The translations under genes were made by a program, and so were the position numbers. Below the pieces are notes generated by a model that was not told the origin of the DNA, ran no database searches, and was given only the letters and a program-made list of their open reading frames with translations. This document shows, piece by piece, positions 59,505 through 63,437 of a stretch of 63,437 nt of DNA. Positions within the stretch are counted from its first letter, which is position 1. Each line of letters opens with the position of its first letter. The stretch is from Chlamydiota bacterium (GTDB lineage Bacteria; Chlamydiota; Chlamydiia; Chlamydiales; FEN-1388). The DNA lies in NCBI GenBank assembly GCA_013287775.1, contig JABDDE010000005.1:1-63437 (forward strand). The letters are read 5' to 3'.

Positions 59505-60461
59505 ATGAATAATATAATACCCAACGCTGAGACATATCAAACACGGATCTTGGCGATTTTAAATCAGGGGAATCTTCCTACCAATGCGCAAGATGAGCGC
59601 ATCGAAGCTATTGTCACAGAAATATTTAATAATTTAGGTCATTCCAATGAAGTTCGCACAGCCGTGAGTAACCTCATTAATGCGCCTCTAGCGAGAGTAT
59701 CAAGAATAGTAGATAGTGCAGCGCTGACATCTCAAATGGGAGCATTGACATTCACAATAGGTACAAGAACTGAACAGAAGAGCGAGCAGAAAACAGAGCA
59801 AGAAAGCCACCGCGCATCTGTTAAGACTTCTTCTATGAAGACCAGAGAAAAGCGTGAGACTGAAGCATACACAATCAGACATGCAGCGCGCGAACAAGAC
59901 ATCCAGAGACGACGAATCGTAGATGGATTAATACGGTATTTCCAACTACCAGCTGATTTCCGTTGGAGAGTCGATGTGTGGTATGACTTTACAAAGATGT
60001 CTGAAGCGGAACAAGCCCAAATACGACAGGCCGTCGCGAGCGATCCCAGGTGTACTGACAGTATCCAGACAGAATTAAATAATTTCCTGGCTGAAGTAAA
60101 TACCTGCCGAAGCACCGTTGATAGATTAGCAGCAGCGTCAAATAATCTCCGTCAGTTTTGTGAAGCTGCCAACGGATTAACAGGTCGTCAAATCTACTTT
60201 GCTGCTTTTAGTCGCTCTAGATTTCCTGCAGGATATTCTCTCATTCCTTCTTACATGGACTCCTTAAGAATGGCCCTCAATAGCGAACCTCAATATATTC
60301 CAGATAACCTTGAAACTACCTTAAACAACTTGTCTTATAGATGCCCACCAGAAGTACGATCGATGATGATTGCTGTTTTAAAAAACCAATTTAGCAATAA
60401 CGTTGCAGCTTTGAATGCACTCAATGCCGCTGCGAACGACTTGCCAGCCCCGTCACTATGA
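59505..60461 (+). CDS. Orphan paralog family member 1
   Basis: EQKSEQKTE motif; N-terminus shared with member 2, C-terminus with member 3. Confidence 0.8.
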   Translation: MNNIIPNAETYQTRILAILNQGNLPTNAQDERIEAIVTEIFNNLGHSNEVRTAVSNLINAPLARVSRIVDSAALTSQMGALTFTIGTRTEQKSEQKTEQESHRASVKTSSMKTREKRETEAYTIRHAAREQDIQRRRIVDGLIRYFQLPADFRWRVDVWYDFTKMSEAEQAQIRQAVASDPRCTDSIQTELNNFLAEVNTCRSTVDRLAAASNNLRQFCEAANGLTGRQIYFAAFSRSRFPAGYSLIPSYMDSLRMALNSEPQYIPDNLETTLNNLSYRCPPEVRSMMIAVLKNQFSNNVAALNALNAAANDLPAPSL

Positions 60462-60685
60462 TAGTAGCGAGGAAACTATGAGCGCAAAATCCAGTTGGAT
60501 TTTGTGCTCATTGGTAGCCATACAGTGAATCCGGATAAAATATCTGTGAAATAATGCGCTAGACTATTTATCTCTATTTATGATACACTGTAAGTTTAAA
60601 TAACAAATAATTGCAATTATATCAAAAAAAATCTTTAAATAAAGATAGGTATTTACAATAAAATATTTAATTAACATGAGGCTCT

Positions 60686-61681
60686 ATGAATAATATAATA
60701 CCCAGCGCTGAGACATATCAAACACGGATCTTGGCGATTTTAAATCAGGAAAATCTTCCTACCAATGCGCAAGATGAGCGCATTGAAGCTATTGTCACAG
60801 AAATATTTAATAATTTAGGTCATTCCAATGAAGTTCGCACAGCCGTGAGCAACCTCATACTGCCCAATCCAAATGAGGCCCCTCTATCGCGCAGAGAGAG
60901 AGTGGCAAGAATAGTAGAGAATGCGGCACTGGCGTCTCAAATGGGAGCACCGACATTCACAATAGGCACAAGAACTGAACAGAAGAGCGAGCAGAAAACA
61001 GAGCAAGAAAGCCATCGCTCATCTGTTAAGACTTATTCTATGAAGACCAGAGAAAAACGCGAGAAAGTAGCAGAAGCATTTCGACAAGCAGCGCGCGAGC
61101 AACAAATCACCCGGGATCGCGTTATACACGCAATAAGGAACTATTACTTATCCCCAGCGAGCGAATTTGCACTACGAACGGCTATCTCAGTATATACATC
61201 TTTGATATCATCACGAGAACAAGATCGCGTAATAGAGATAATTCGCACCTCTCCTCAATATTCTCAAGTGGCAGCGTCACTCGATAACTTTTTAGATATA
61301 GTGAGTTCTTGTCACAGAGCGGTTACTAGCCTAGGACAACTGGTAGATAATCCTCAGACATTTTGTGAAGCAGCTAGCAGATTAACACCTGCCCAAATAT
61401 CCTTTGTTTTAGGGCATCATGAATTCCCAAACGGTTATAATCTCATCGGGCATGACATTGCTGCATTTAGATGCAGTCTTGAAACAGATTATATTTCTTT
61501 GAATATGGATAGAACCTTAGATCAAATACTCAATCGTGCATCTGGTTATCCTAAAGCTATATTATTCATAATTATCGATATTTTAAGAACTGAAGTGCGT
61601 AACTCCCAGCCTTCCAATAACACTGACGCTGCTTTAGAAGCACTTAATACAATCGAAGACCGAGTCAGGGAGCGCCCCTAA
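60686..61681 (+). CDS. Orphan paralog family member 2
   Basis: Duplicated promoter and N-terminus. Confidence 0.8.
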   Translation: MNNIIPSAETYQTRILAILNQENLPTNAQDERIEAIVTEIFNNLGHSNEVRTAVSNLILPNPNEAPLSRRERVARIVENAALASQMGAPTFTIGTRTEQKSEQKTEQESHRSSVKTYSMKTREKREKVAEAFRQAAREQQITRDRVIHAIRNYYLSPASEFALRTAISVYTSLISSREQDRVIEIIRTSPQYSQVAASLDNFLDIVSSCHRAVTSLGQLVDNPQTFCEAASRLTPAQISFVLGHHEFPNGYNLIGHDIAAFRCSLETDYISLNMDRTLDQILNRASGYPKAILFIIIDILRTEVRNSQPSNNTDAALEALNTIEDRVRERP

Positions 61682-61709
61682 TTCCCGTCGGAAATAATAA
61701 GGAGTTTAT

Positions 61710-62762
61710 ATGAATAACATAACACCAAGTATACCGAATCCTCAAGCCCAGCAAGTTCAAAATATCGCGGGAATTTTACAGTCAAATAGTTCTGAAAACG
61801 AACAAGATGTAGGTATTGAAACTATTGCCACGCAAATGTTAGCAGGAAATTACGCTTCTGACAATGTTTCGGAGGTGAAAAGCCGTATACTATCTAACTT
61901 AAACAATGTAAGTCCAGTTCTAAGCGCGAGAATATCGAGAATAGTAGATGCTGCAGCACTTGCATTACAGTTCCAAGGATTCAACTTCCAGGGAGAATTG
62001 ACATTCGACCCGGGTATAAGAACTGCGCCAATAACAGTACCCATGCAAACCACAACACAGGCCACAGAACAGAAAAGGGAAAGAAAAACAGAGAAAACCC
62101 ATCGTCAATCGATAAAGGGGTCATCGCAGGGCCAGAGCACTGTCCAGAAAACAACTACAATCAGTCCACATACCGCCGCATATGCGCGACAAATCGAGAG
62201 ACAGCAGATTGCAGATCGCCTAATGCGCTATTTAGTATTATCATCTGAATACAGGTCCAGAGTTTCTGGTCCTTGGCAATCTTTTATTAACATGTCACCC
62301 ACAGAAATAAATCTAATACGCAGCGCTCTACGGAACCATCCTGAATACAATAGTAATATCGAAAACGCGTTCGAGACTTTCATGTCCGCCATAGACACCT
62401 GCCGTCACGCAGTTGATAGATTGGCAGCAAAGTCAAATAATCTTCGTCAATTCTGTCAAGCTGTTAGTGACAGGGAATTAACGCAGCAGCAGAACTTCTT
62501 TATTCAAGATAGTCACTCAAGATTTCCTCCAGGATACAATAGAATTCCTCTGGACATGGCCACCTTGAGAATTGCACTTCGAAGAGACCCTTCCTATATT
62601 ACTTCGGCTCTTGAGATAGCTTTAGAGGGCATGTCTTATAGATGCTCACAAGAAATACGATCAATGATGATTGCTGTTTTAAAAACCGAATTTAGCGGTA
62701 ACATTGCAGCTTTGAATGCACTCAATGATGCTGCGAACAACTTACCAGCCCCGTCACTATGA
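61710..62762 (+). CDS. Orphan paralog family member 3
   Basis: AAGGAG RBS; ends AANNLPAPSL, like member 1. Confidence 0.8.
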   Translation: MNNITPSIPNPQAQQVQNIAGILQSNSSENEQDVGIETIATQMLAGNYASDNVSEVKSRILSNLNNVSPVLSARISRIVDAAALALQFQGFNFQGELTFDPGIRTAPITVPMQTTTQATEQKRERKTEKTHRQSIKGSSQGQSTVQKTTTISPHTAAYARQIERQQIADRLMRYLVLSSEYRSRVSGPWQSFINMSPTEINLIRSALRNHPEYNSNIENAFETFMSAIDTCRHAVDRLAAKSNNLRQFCQAVSDRELTQQQNFFIQDSHSRFPPGYNRIPLDMATLRIALRRDPSYITSALEIALEGMSYRCSQEIRSMMIAVLKTEFSGNIAALNALNDAANNLPAPSL

Positions 62763-63029
62763 TAATAGCGAGGAAACTATGAGCGCAAAATTCAGCTGAG
62801 TTTTATGCTCATTGGTAGCCATACAGTGAATCTGGATAAAATATCTGTTCTTGTTTATTTCCAAATATGTTATAATTTATTTATGAATAAATCTTATTTT
62901 TATATGCAGATTAAAAACAAAGATAGATTTTAGTGTTTCAAAAAATGACTTTCCAGCTGCTTGGCAAATACTTAACCAGGTTGAGCAAAGATTGAATGCA
63001 TAAGAGGGCATAAATGAAGGAGGCATACA

Positions 63030-63437
63030 ATGAGTAGTATAAGTATAATATCGGCGAATGAGGCGGCCATTGAAAATCTTACACTCCTCGCAGCAGGACT
63101 CAGCTTAGAACCATCGCTATTTGCAATACCACCAACAGAACAAAAAACTGAACAAAAGAGAGAGCGTCTTACCACAACTACAAACCTCACATCGACAACA
63201 AGTAGGGAGAGACGTATAAAAGAGGCACACACCAAAAGGCAGGAGTTACGTAGTGAAGATCTCCAAATACACCGTTTGATGCAATATTTACAACTTAGCA
63301 GTCTTCCGAATCAAAATATCTCGCCTCAGATATGCTGTAGCCAGTTGGAGGAGTTTATGATACTACCAATAGCAGCAAGACAACGCATACAACAAGCTAT
63401 CCTAAACAGTCCTCAGTACAATCCAGAGATCGCACAG
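63030..63437 (+). CDS. Orphan paralog family member 4 (runs off window)
   Basis: AGGAGG RBS; open to window end; TEQKTEQKRE, RLMQYL, SPQY. Confidence 0.75.
   Translation, partial: MSSISIISANEAAIENLTLLAAGLSLEPSLFAIPPTEQKTEQKRERLTTTTNLTSTTSRERRIKEAHTKRQELRSEDLQIHRLMQYLQLSSLPNQNISPQICCSQLEEFMILPIAARQRIQQAILNSPQYNPEIAQ

Noticed and set aside
59505-62762. Diversity-generating retroelement
   Set aside because: No reverse transcriptase in the window and differences are not adenine-specific

Overview
Chromosomal window from a member of the Chlamydiota, most likely an environmental (non-Chlamydiaceae) lineage. This rests on the long chlamydial-type LepB near a type-2 IleRS, an AroDE fusion, tolB-pal-LysM and gspD-E-F, plus murI, speE and pncA/pncB. 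Housekeeping content: metal ABC transporter, sufE, NAD salvage, split shikimate cluster, mutS, mutY, glgC, rsmB, obgE, rplU/rpmA, tRNA-Ser(GGA) and tRNA-Phe(GAA). Three non-standard layers sit on top of this. (1) A dense, nested set of palindromic elements: REP-like families around a Y1/HUH (RAYT-like) transposase, IS4-like and other MITEs, an IS110 remnant inserted inside a REP, and short hairpins that supply the last codons and stop of several core genes. (2) Orphan effector-like genes, including two tandem arrays with near-identical ends and divergent middles, a eukaryote-like kinase, a Pro-rich RVxF protein and a frameshifted caspase-like gene. (3) A candidate Ile-sensing leader-peptide attenuator upstream of brnQ. 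All assignments come from reading motifs by eye; no database searches were run.
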